A program made the translations under genes and the position numbers. A stretch of 64,000 nt of DNA, from positions 29,574,001 through 29,638,000 of the forward strand of contig NC_042999.1 of NCBI RefSeq assembly GCF_006345805.1, in the 5' to 3' direction. Within the stretch, counting starts at the first letter, position 1. Each line of letters begins with the position of its first letter. Origin of the DNA: Octopus sinensis (Eukaryota). The notes beneath the pieces are model-generated. The model searched no databases and was not told the DNA's origin. It was given only the letters and a program-made list of their open reading frames with translations. Shown piece after piece: positions 52,570-64,000 of the stretch.

Positions 52570-53600
52570 TTTAAAATAATAATCTAGAACTTGATAAATT
52601 AAGACAGATAGAAAAAAACAGAAAACTACTAACAGCGTATCTAAGTCCCCATCCCAAAGCAAACTGTGAAATAATATCTCTACGTCGCTCAGAAGGAAGC
52701 CGTTACCTTATATAAATAGATAATCATTATAAAATAACAGCAAATGGACCAATAAAGTAATTAGAAACTAAGAGGGGAAGACTACTGCCTATAGTAAAGC
52801 AATATAAGAAAAAAAAAAGATTTTCTCTACAAAACAGAAGTAAACTAGAGCGACACACTGACCTCAGATGACAACATAGTAGAAATGATCTCTGAGATGA
52901 AATAAAACTTGGAAACTGAATTACAAATGATACTAAAAAAGAAATGGAGAGAAAAATCACTTCATGGCCAATAACCTGGATGATTTAACGTAGAGGAGGT
53001 GAGCCTCAGTATGGCTCAAATTCTTTGAAGTAAAGGCCAAAGTGGAAGGACTGATTCTCGCTACACAAGACCAATGCCTTACTACAAACAATTATAATAA
53101 CAAAAGACTGAAAACAGGTCTGAAGACCAAATGATGAATGTGCAACCAGCACAATGACACAGTTGACCACATTATCTCGAGATGCCCAGTAATGGCCAAG
53201 TCTGAATATGTATACAGGTAAAACAAAATAAGCAATTATGTCCACTTGCCAACTTTTACATCATAATAGCCAAGGATCGGGGAAGAAATACCTGCTTGCA
53301 GATGGATTTTGCAGTCCCTTCTGATTAAAATATCGTAAAAAAAATAGTGGGAACATTGTCGAAGTACTAAGACCCCGAATATGAAGTATTCAAAATGTGG
53401 GACATAAAGGTAGAAAAACGTACCAATAATAATCGGAGCATTGGGCAGGTAAAAGATATGATATGAACAAAATGTAGGAGCCACACCTGGATGCTCTTCA
53501 CAACAAACTGTACAAAATATAGCCCTGCTAGGAAAAGCCTACAAACTGCGCAATACAATCCAACAATACAATTTAAACAAACCAACTCGCAATTACAAGA
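52570..53600 (+). mobile_element. 3' fragment of an R4/Dong-like LINE
   Basis: LHGQ, EGLILATQDQC, VDHIISRCPV, VPIIIGALG, IALLG. Confidence 0.82.
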
Positions 53601-53699
53601 CTCTCTCTAAATAACACTTACCCAGTGAAATAAACTCCTGTCAGAAAGGCAGAAGACGAAAGCATTACAAACTCAACACACGATACGAGCAAAACAAGA

Positions 53700-54289
53700 A
53701 CAAAATACAGCGCCACACCTCAAAGAAGAAAACTAACACAATATAGTACCTACAATACCTGAAGGGTTTAGCTCCTTAGATAAGGAGCAGGGGTAATCGC
53801 AAGGAAAGTAGGCGAACTAAACAGCTTAGACAGAAAGTCAAGGATGTTGCTAGATATGGGATACTCCACCGAACAAGTGATGAAGACAGACTGTATGTAC
53901 CAAGCAAAAGAGGTAGAAAGGGGACTGATTTGATGCGAGCACAGAATTAGAGCGGAAGAAATCAACATAGCATGGTATGAAAAAATGCCACAGAACCACT
54001 ATTATTGGAAGTAAGAAGGTCAGGCGTATGAAGGAGAGGAAATTGCAACCATAAAGCAGTAGTACCGATAATTGTGGGAGCCCTGGGAATAGTGAGTAAA
54101 AATCTTAAGAAGTAAATCAAACAAATATCGGATGCAATAAGGGTGGAGCACTTGCAGAAAGCCGCACTGCTTGGAACCGCTAGAATTCTCCGGAAGGTAC
54201 TCGAAAAATAAGAGGTGTCACCTTAGTTCACTGCTAGAGAACAGCTGACACAGTAGTAGATCTCCAGTGTTAGGAGCTATGCAAAGCCA

Positions 54290-54349
<60 letters not shown>

Positions 54350-54404
54350 CAACAACAACGAGAGCAGCAGCAACAACAATAACAAACACAACAACAACAA
54401 CAAC

Positions 54405-54456
<52 letters not shown>

Positions 54457-54475
54457 TTAATAATAACTATGAGTT
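53700..54475 (+). mobile_element. Second R4/Dong-like LINE 3' fragment (internally deleted) with (TAA)n tail
   Basis: EDRLYVP, PIIVGALG, QKAALLGTARILRKVLE then stop, 3' UTR, and (TAA)n from 54292. Confidence 0.85.
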
Positions 54476-54542
54476 ATTATCATACTATGAGTCGGGAAGA
54501 CACTCGGCAAGAAATGGAAGCAAATTTGAAAGAAGAAAAAAA

Positions 54543-54555
54543 GTAATAATGATAA

Positions 54556-54650
<95 letters not shown>

Positions 54651-54662
54651 GTAATAATAATA
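54543..54662. repeat. (CTA)n(TAA)n microsatellite
   Basis: Direct reading. Confidence 0.95.
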
Positions 54663-54999
54663 ACTCTTCCTGTTTTTTCTAGGTGTCGTCGATTCAATAA
54701 AATAGAGATGTCGGAAACATCTAGATAAGTTCCCAGCAAAAACCTTATCTCAGATTATTTAAAAGCGTATTCTGACAAGTACTGCCGAAATACTTAGAAA
54801 AACTTAACCATTTAAATGTCTGTGCTGTATTATATGAAAATATTTCACTACTCACTCTGCCACTTCCCCACGCGAAGCTTTCACTCATGCTGTAACATAT
54901 CTTGCCATTCCCTCGGCTTAGGACGCTGGGTGTGTCTTGGCAAGGGATTGTAACAGATATGCAGAGTGAACTTTAAGAAAATTAAATTCGGAAAATATA

Positions 55000-55226
55000 A
55001 TTAATAATAAATATCGTCATCAACTTCATGATCATCACCATTATTGTCGTGATGGTGATGATGATTATCATCACCATTTTCCTCATCCTAATCATCATCC
55101 TCATATCATCATCATGATCATCATGATCATAATGATGATCATCATGATCATGATCATGATCTTGATGATCATCATAATCATCATCATCATCATCATCATC
55201 ACCACAACCATCATCGTCATCATCAA

Positions 55227-55263
<37 letters not shown>

Positions 55264-55305
55264 GTCGTCATTATCATCGTGATCGTCATTGTTGTCGTCA
55301 TTATG
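55000..55305. repeat. Degenerate (CAT)n microsatellite
   Basis: Direct reading. Confidence 0.95.
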
Positions 55306-57239
55306 CAATTTTAATTACGTTTGGGGTGAATGGAAGGAATGTTCTTTCGATATATTCAATACTAAAATGCTTGCCTTGTTTACCTAGTTTCGGTAAGACT
55401 GTTTTCAGATATTTCACATTGATTTATTTTAATGATCTCTTCTGTTATTGCATTGTCGAAGCGGGAATTGGCTCTCACAGCGGTTATGATCGTATCAATA
55501 TAAAGAAATATCCCCCTTGCTGTAAAATCGACAAAAGAGCAATTATTTTGAAAAAAGAAGGAAAATAACCATAAAACTCTAGCATCAAAACACACACTCA
55601 CTGAATAAACGTACTGATTATAGAATAGGTAATAGTAGACATATTTATTTGGAGATTAGAAGCGTTTCAAAAATAAATACAATATGCACACACTCGAAGT
55701 TAGTGAAAATTGTATAACTGTGTACTTTTTGATAATAGAAATGTCGATTCAAGGCCTCAGTTGACCATGTAAGCGTAACTTGCTGCAGACATAGTTTCTG
55801 AAAGGAGCAATGGGTTGTATAAAAAAAGAAGTGACAGCATTCAGTTTTGAAGCAAAAATGCTTTGATGTTTTCCCACTAGAAATGTTTGGTTTAACAAAT
55901 AAGAATTCAAGGAGCCGAGCATTTACAAAAATGGAGATATTGAATGTAGGGGAAGAAAATGGGGGAAAATACAGGTTTGCATACAAATCCAATACAGGAA
56001 TCAGACGTGCTAGAAAGTCTGTCTTCCCTACTTACCACAAGCAAGAGCTCATAAATGAGAAAAAGGAAGTCGAGGTCACGATTATAGGAACTTTAGATGA
56101 TAGTGTTTATTAAACTTTTCTTGTGACAGTATAGGCTTTTGTCAGCACAGACTAGGGATTTAACTGAGTAGAAATGTTTTCATATATAAATTGTTGTAGC
56201 GGCCATGGTTGTGTCATCATCTAATAAAAGATACATTATAAATAAACTTCTAATTCATATATGAGATGCGAATAATAGAATTCGTAGGTGACAGGGTATC
56301 ATAGAAATCCGTGACGAATCAGCCAACGAATGAAAATGACACAAATAATATTTTGAAATGAATGTCTTGACGCATTTGAAAAACGTATTTTCAAGTAATT
56401 ATTCTTTGGCATATATTTATTAGGGATATTTCCCCTATTATTGATAGCATAATCCCATAACTTGACAAGAGTTTTATTCAGTGTATATAAAATTCATAGC
56501 ATTTTGAGGCAAAGAAACACTTAATATTTTTTTTAAATTCCAGTTTCCATCACAATAAACTCGCAGTGATTTGACAAGTTGATAGCTTGACGGACTAATG
56601 TTTTGTGAGTAAATAGAATGAGTCATCTGTTCCATAATATCTTCTTCAGTGACCTGAATATTTAAATGATCTGCTAATCACCGTTGACAGAAAGATGAAT
56701 TCGCAGACCTGCTTCTTAGCGGGAGCAGTAATAAATGAATTAAGATTGACATTTAGTGCAATAACCCTGTTGGTCTTGATCTGGCAGTAATGAAAATATT
56801 AATAACTTAGTTACAAAATTGCTCCAGAATATCTACGATAAAGCACATCATATAAAATAAAACACATTTTTAGGTCGTGCTGCTTTTCTGCAGGGAACGC
56901 CGTTCACCTTTCCAGTATAATTATTAAATATTTCTTACCGTTTAGTTTAAAGATCTGACTAGAAAGAAAGAAACATCCTGACTTTCTACCCGACTCCTGC
57001 TTTCGGAAATGTCAATCAATTAATATAACTTAGTCGACAAGACATGAAACATAAGAGAATTCCCGAAAAGCACGTGAGCTTGATCTTCTCTCTATGTGTG
57101 TTTAATGTTTTCAGGTTTTTATACATCAAAAACTTTCAAGATCGCATGAAACATTTAAAAGTGTATATTAGTAAACGTAGCGAAAACAATTCTATCGAGA
57201 ATTTCACGTATCTCGTGAAGTAAGATAGCTCATTGGTTC

Positions 57240-58260
57240 CTACTTTATTCAAAAAGAAAAAACTATGTAGAGGCAGGCAACACCCATTATAAAGCCCATC
57301 CTCTTCTGAACCACTAGGTGCTCAAGCAAGATTGCATTTCCTTTGAAAAATCCCACAGAATTTTCCAGGCGTCTTACTCAACAACGTTTCTCAGTATCCA
57401 ATTTTGTTATCTCGCGAATTCCAGGTGTCACTACAAAGAATACTCATTTGCGCAAGTCGAGGTCATTCTTTCACGATGTTGAGAGTTGTTTCGTCCATTC
57501 TATTACAGAATCGGCACAGTGGAGACGATTTATCCAGCTTGTGGCCAAAGACTGGTCCTGCGAGCTGGTATCTATCTCTATCTCTCTCTCTCAAAATTCT
57601 CAAAATCCCATTCTTTAACCAATCACAACTATCTTCTCCAGCACCTCCAGTTATGTCTAATTGCTGGTTATTGTTCAGTACCTTGATGCGTAATGTTTCT
57701 TCATGGCCTTCTCGTACTTGTTTTGTTCTATTTTTTTGTTCATGCTTCCCATTAAAGTCTCATCTCGAACTACCACTAGCAAGGTTTCCTTACATTGTGA
57801 CAGATATACCTGCAAGTTCCCAAGTGTGACATGCATGCCGCCTTTCATACTTATCACTTCCATTGCTACATTTGATCTCTTCATGCATAGGCGATCAGTG
57901 ATTGGCTCCATGCATTGTAAGACGTTTTCTCGTTTTACCGTCCAACACTTTTTGCTCATCTTCTCTCTATTTGCGAACTGCAGTGCCATACGGAATCAGT
58001 GCATCTGCACCCGAGAAAATTACGGAAATGTTTCTGGCATATACATTTGAATTCTAGATTTTTTCTCAATCGCCAGCAGATATACATTCTTTGTCCTTGC
58101 TTTGATAATAATCCCAGGTATTCCCAGGAATTTGTATCCGATTTGAAGATAATTGCCTTCGTTATATCACCGCTTATGATACATATCACTTCTATTCCGA
58201 CAAACTTTCTTCCCCTTATCACCCGCAGTATACTACCATGCTATCTGTTCTTTTCACCTA
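57240..58260 (-). mobile_element. Decayed R4/Dong-like LINE fragment (RT C-terminus to zinc knuckle)
   Basis: YLG, LDGKTRKRLTMHG, PLCRFCNRMDET, KILWDF. Confidence 0.75.
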
Positions 58261-58329
58261 TCTAATACATTCCTGGCCGTGGAAGAACAGCATTGTTAAT
58301 GAAAGATCGGTCTAAGGACAATTGTTGCT

Positions 58330-58397
58330 GTTGTTGTTGCTCTTATTATTATCATCATCAACATCATTAATGTTATTATTATCCTCATTATTATTAC

Positions 58398-58472
<75 letters not shown>

Positions 58473-58513
58473 CATCATCATCATTATTATTATTATTATT
58501 ATTATCATCATCA

Positions 58514-58571
<58 letters not shown>

Positions 58572-58572
58572 C

Positions 58573-58610
<38 letters not shown>

Positions 58611-58846
58611 TATTTTTATTATTATTATTATCATTATTATTATCATTATTATTATTATTTATTATTATTATTATTATTATCATTATCATTACCATTATTA
58701 TTATTATTATAATCATTATTATTGTTATTTTTATTATTATTATTTTTATTATTATTATTACTATTATTATTTTTATCATTATTATTTTTTTATTATTATT
58801 ATTATTATTATTGTTATTATTATCGTTATCATTTTTTAATTATTTA

Positions 58847-58879
<33 letters not shown>

Positions 58880-58886
58880 TTTATTA

Positions 58887-58916
<30 letters not shown>
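58330..58916. repeat. Long (TTA)n-type microsatellite
   Basis: Direct reading. Confidence 0.98.
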
Positions 58917-58917
<1 letters not shown>

Positions 58918-59270
58918 GAAAGACGCTCGGATAGTCCTTAAATTACTATAGTTCTTTACTTGAATGCAGGCACTAGCAAATCACCAAAGGCTCCAAGTAG
59001 TGCCTTCTCCTGTGACTCAAAGAGACTCTACTCTCCTTCGAATGCGAGCTTTACCCAACAATATCAGCTCCTGGATAACTTCGAACCGGACAGCAGAATA
59101 TTTCTCGGATTTCCCGGAAAGTAACACTCCACTACAACTACATTCTTCCTTTCGTCCTCCTTCTTTTAGTTGTTGCTTCATGATGACTAGGCCTGCGCTG
59201 CTCACTTGTGGGGCACCCGTCGGGTGAGAGACGTTCACAAGTTCCAGCCTGATTCGCACCGTGGTCATTT
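58916..59270 (-). mobile_element. Internally deleted R4/Dong-like mini-element (ORF start fused to 3' end)
   Basis: RPSHHEATTKR..NVVVVECYF (R4-type N-terminus), then QEKALLG, 3' UTR and (TAA)n. Confidence 0.55.
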
Positions 59271-59380
59271 CTATATTTATTTGACATTTCAGCACACATT
59301 ATGAGGGTTAGTGAATTTTAGTTTCCAAAACCATCACTACATTTTTTCCGTGACACCATCATTGATAGGATCTCCACCCG

Positions 59381-59443
<63 letters not shown>

Positions 59444-60550
59444 GCATTTCAGTAGTACCTGTTGTGGTAGTATTTCTATTTGTATTTCTCGGATAACATC
59501 TCGTTTTATATATATCGAAAAATATTCAATTCTGCCTCAATATGATTTATAGAATTGAAAACACTCTACCCCATTGTACTTTAAAGCTTCAGTATGCGCG
59601 AGAAAAATGGAATATTCACCAGGTCTATAAGTAAAATACATTTGTTGATGGTCAGATACAGAAATAATTTATAAGGGTGAAATAACATCTAGAAGCAGCG
59701 AGTTCATAAACAACTTATTTTAAGTATCACACAATCCACTATTCCACACCCTACAATAACATGTGTCTGAAATAAGACATAGAAAATATTGATCTGAGAA
59801 TGTAAAATGAACGTTGCCATAACTCTCAAATAATTGATTCTAGGAATTTGCTCTCTAATAAAAGCCGAAGTATCTTACATCTTAGATATGGTATTTAAGG
59901 ATTACTTCTGTTTATGTCTACACAAAACAGAAAGTAGTTTGATAGAATATATTTAAGAATGTAACATGCCTATGTACTTTTCAGAAAGCCGCCAGGAATT
60001 AAAATGTTTTGCAAAATATGAATGTGATCTATATCGTTGAAAGGAATACATTTATGTAGAGAAGTGAAACCAATAGATATTCCATGCACCACCGCTGCTT
60101 ATTACGTTAATTGTTCACTATAGTCATTCATATTGAATATTGTTACTATAAGAAATATGTAAAGCGCTCAGTGTTTGTTCGTGTTTGGATCACAGAGATC
60201 ATTACGTTCGTAACTAATGTATATTCAGCTTATGCATTTAATATTCATGTCAAATAATGCTACATAAAATGTTTATAGAGTCGTCAGCATTTCTCATTGG
60301 AGTACAAGATCTCTGAGTTCATGAACAACCGTTTTCGTCCGCAAATCACAGATGATGATATATTAAGCAACGTAATGTGTTTTGTTGGATTGGAAACGCT
60401 AAAGTTAAAGGTTGACAGAGTCAGAATGTAATTCATATAACGAAAAGTTAGGACACAACCGTAAGTGTATCCACCACATTCTCCGCGCGTACATCTTTTT
60501 TTAAGAATCAGATTCACTTGATAAATGTACCATTTTTAGATGCACTCAAG

Positions 60551-61235
60551 AGATTTAACTGATTGTGCAGACTGTATCATTCTGAATACTCAGTGTATTT
60601 ATTCTCACTTCAATTTCCAATTCCAATTGAATTGTTTTTGAAATTCGTGGAGAAATATAATGAACCACCGTATACTAAAAAGAATAAAAAAAAATTTCTC
60701 ACTTTCTTTTTGATACACTTCACCTATTAATAAATATCTAAGCAAAGAAGAATTTCATTACCGAGAGTAAGCACGTTCTCTTATAATTAGCTTAAAAAAG
60801 GTAATGCACTGGTTAAGATATGGGTGTATCATATTCTGATTTAAATGTCAACGTAGAAAGACATTAAATTAGCAGAACTAAGTAGGTACAAATATTAGAT
60901 TTAACTGATTGTGCAGACTGTATCATTCCGAATACTCAGTGTATTTATTCTCACTTCAATTTCCAATTCCGTTTAAATTGTTTTTGAAAATTGTTGAGAA
61001 ATATAATGAACCACCGTATACTAAAAAGAAAAAAATATCTTTCATTTTGATACACCTCACCTATTAATAAATATCTAAGCACAGAAGAGTTACATTACTG
61101 AGAGGAAGCACATTCTTTTATAATTAACTAAAAAAAAAGTGATGCACTGGTTAAGATATGGGTGTATCATTTCCCGATTTAAATATCAACAGAGAAATAC
61201 ATTAAATTAACAGAACTAAGTAGGTACAAATATTA
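60551..61235. repeat. Tandem duplication, two units of about 346 bp
   Basis: Units start AGATTTAACTGATTGTGCAGAC at 60551 and 60897 and end AAGTAGGTACAAATATTA; roughly 85-90% identical by eye. Confidence 0.95.
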
Positions 61236-62869
61236 TTTTGCAAAAGCTAGATAAAAAGTAATTTTTAAAAAAATCATTGTATGATATTCAACACTAATAT
61301 TGTGTCCTTCCATAATCTATACTGAAGTCTTATTTGACTGCTGGCTCTAGCCATAGACCCATTAGATAACGGAGATTTCTTTTTGCGTGAACTGAGATAA
61401 TGATCATCTCATTTCTTTAATATGAGACACTGACGCTATTGAAACGTTGGCATATAGATTTTTATAAACATTTATTTATGTAATATGTGCGAAAGTATTT
61501 GGTTGTACTAATGTAGTACAACAAAAAGACATGGAATATGAGAGTATTTTTAACTTCACCGTTTCCATTCCATGCAAAATCAAATGAATACATGTAGTAA
61601 TCTAGGTAACGGTAGCATTTGATGATGCCTATGCACTCAAAATGACAGCGTAGAAGTAATAAAATTGTATTACACAAAAGAAAGCAGCGGACATATTCCA
61701 TGTAAGAATGCGGGCAGCTTCTTTGTCAATTACAAAATCTAACTTCTAGTGGACAGCATAATGTTATATGAAAGGTAGTAAAAGCAAATACTATATTTGG
61801 TGAGGACTTATATGGATGTATTATGCTGGTAACTGAAAATTGGCATATGCTAGTATTTCTAAACACTTTCCGAAATAGCACGTGATGTAATGCAATCATG
61901 CTCAAATTTTTGTTGATGTTAATATTCGATGTTTTGCTGTCTACTATTCAATGTTATTAAAACCCAACGAATGTATTATTGGAAAGGATGCTTGTGACAT
62001 TATTATTGACATATAACATCCAGGCGCTATTATTTATATTTTTTCACTTTGCAATTCCATTCCTGTTATTCACAACAAAAACGGACGCGAAAGCTTTAAT
62101 ATTAGGCAATATGCATTTATAGTTCATCATAGATATTTCATCAATATAAGATCACTGGCTAAATTATACCATAACTGTAGAAATCCATTATATTAGAATT
62201 CAATTAGATCATTTTATTGCTAATCCATCTCCAACTCAATGAAATACTTTCCTCCATATATGAATAAAATTATAGTTTCATAAGCCATACATTTTCCTCT
62301 AGTTATTTCAAGCTTTAAAAGAATTCCTTTTTTTCTTTACGTCCTTATTCTGATATGGAAGGAATTGATTAATGTCACATATATGTATCACTAATATCCA
62401 TATAATTGAGTCATTGAGATTGCATTCTCTTTGTATTTACAATTTCAAGTCATTCACATAAATTCAGCTTATTCATAAGAAGTTTTCATAATATAATGGC
62501 GAACACCATGACAGTATCCGGTTAACGAATCTAGATTCCGCTTTCGCTATGCGTCTTGTATCACGCAATGTTTGAAATACACAAGAATAAAACAATCGAT
62601 AAACTCTGGCAAAGGACTTCTTAATTGCCATGAGATTGGTATGAATAAAATATTGCATTGCAAAATGTCTTTTCTTGGATAGCTATGGTCAATTTTAATC
62701 ACTGGCAATTAAAATATTTTCACATGTTACATTTTAAGTTTACCCCAATGATTTCGGGTAAAGCTTCATGTTATGGATGTAACATAATTACTTATTTCTT
62801 ATTTATTTCTGTTTTACAACCAGGGTTTTATAATTCACATGATATGGATCAATATTATCACCGCAATAT

Positions 62870-63212
62870 TTCTCACAATAATGATGTTGATGATGATTTT
62901 GATGCTCATGTTGATGATGATGATGATGATGGTGATGACGATTCTTATTGTTGTTGCTGTTGTTCTTGTTCTTGTTCTTCTTGTTCTTGTATTGTTCTTC
63001 TTCTTTCTCTTCTTCTTGTTCTTCTTGTTCTTCTTGTTCTTCTTCATCTCATCATCATCGTCATCATCATTATCATCATCATCGTCGTCATCGTCGTCGT
63101 TGTTGTTCTAATTGTTGCTGTTCTTACAGTTTTTGTTGTTATTTTTGTTGCTATTATTATTGTTGTTGTTGTTGTTGTTATTATTATTATTATTATTATT
63201 ATCATCATTATT
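62870..63212. repeat. Compound TGA/TTC/TCA/TTG/TTA microsatellite
   Basis: Direct reading. Confidence 0.95.
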
Positions 63213-63890
63213 TACGCTTTCCCTCGGGTAGATATTATATTGACACTATACCAACAGATCGAGCCATTACCGATGGCCAAGTGACCTTGGGACCATTCCT
63301 TCTTCAATATTCTAACATCTTTCTGAGAATCTTCGCTGTTCCTAACAAGGCCATTTTCCGCAAACCTCCCTTCCAGATGGTGATGTCTAGCATTCCAAGC
63401 ATTCATCCAACCTTTTACTTACGGCACCCAATGCGTTTCGCACTTGTTTATTCAAAATTAGATTCCAGTGTCCATGCTGAATTTATGAATCAAACCGTTC
63501 ATGTGTTTTCTCAGAGAATTTTAGTTCATCCATATTCAGCATTTGGTTTATCTTAAATCACCACCTCTCCAATCATAACTAGCATTTACCCTACTCAACA
63601 GAAATGAAATTGGGACCATATACAATACAAGCATTAAAAGCAAAATATTACCTCCTGAAATATTCCTCTCTTGATGTACACACGTTTCATTGATTGCCTA
63701 CATCATGTCACCGCAGACTTCCAAACATCTACACTGCTTACAAGAAACCAACGTTTGCTGCGTTACAAAATATTTCCAAAGATTCCACAATGCAAATATC
63801 TTCACCATTTCATAAGCTTTTGCATTAGTTCATCCAAAACATTACAAGCGTTGTGTGCCTCCTTTTACAATCTGTAAGGATCGCCTTATC
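63190..63890 (-). mobile_element. 3' fragment of an R4/Dong-like LINE
   Basis: ALGAVSKR, MALLGTAKILRKMLE then stop, 3' UTR running into TAA/TGA repeats. Confidence 0.8.
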
Positions 63891-63892
63891 AA

Positions 63893-63941
<49 letters not shown>

Positions 63942-64000
63942 ATTTTATTTTAATAATGATAATTATAATAACATATCATCATCATGACCATTATTATCAT
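63893..64000. repeat. (CTA)n and (CAT)n microsatellites
   Basis: Direct reading. Confidence 0.9.

Noticed and set aside
55847-56113. 88-aa ORF or possible small exon
   Set aside because: No recognisable homology; length is compatible with chance.

Overview
AT-rich, microsatellite-dense eukaryotic intergenic or intronic DNA. The SINE complement and repeat texture point to an octopus (coleoid cephalopod); this is inference. No host protein-coding gene can be confidently called, and most ORFs in the supplied track are translated microsatellites. The window is mostly a transposon graveyard. It holds a nearly intact Penelope-like retroelement (PLE; RT + C-terminal GIY-YIG, Naiad-like, one frameshift) at 15.3-18.0 kb, two TIR-complete mariners plus mariner derivatives, and two related Helitrons. 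It also holds a decayed CR1-like LINE, a HERO/NeSL-like RT fragment, six R4/Dong-like LINE pieces attached to AAT-type arrays, RTE-like 3' ends and about 12 tRNA-derived SINEs. The most striking pattern is a dense set of hammerhead-ribozyme (HHR) motifs from at least five sequence families. One is fully canonical (47103-47200, minus strand), and two families carry a CCGANGA core variant. Several sit in PLE-type fold-back (inverted pLTR) relics next to (TA)n tracts, with spacers of 0, 34, 67 and about 2400 nt. All folds were read by eye, not computed.
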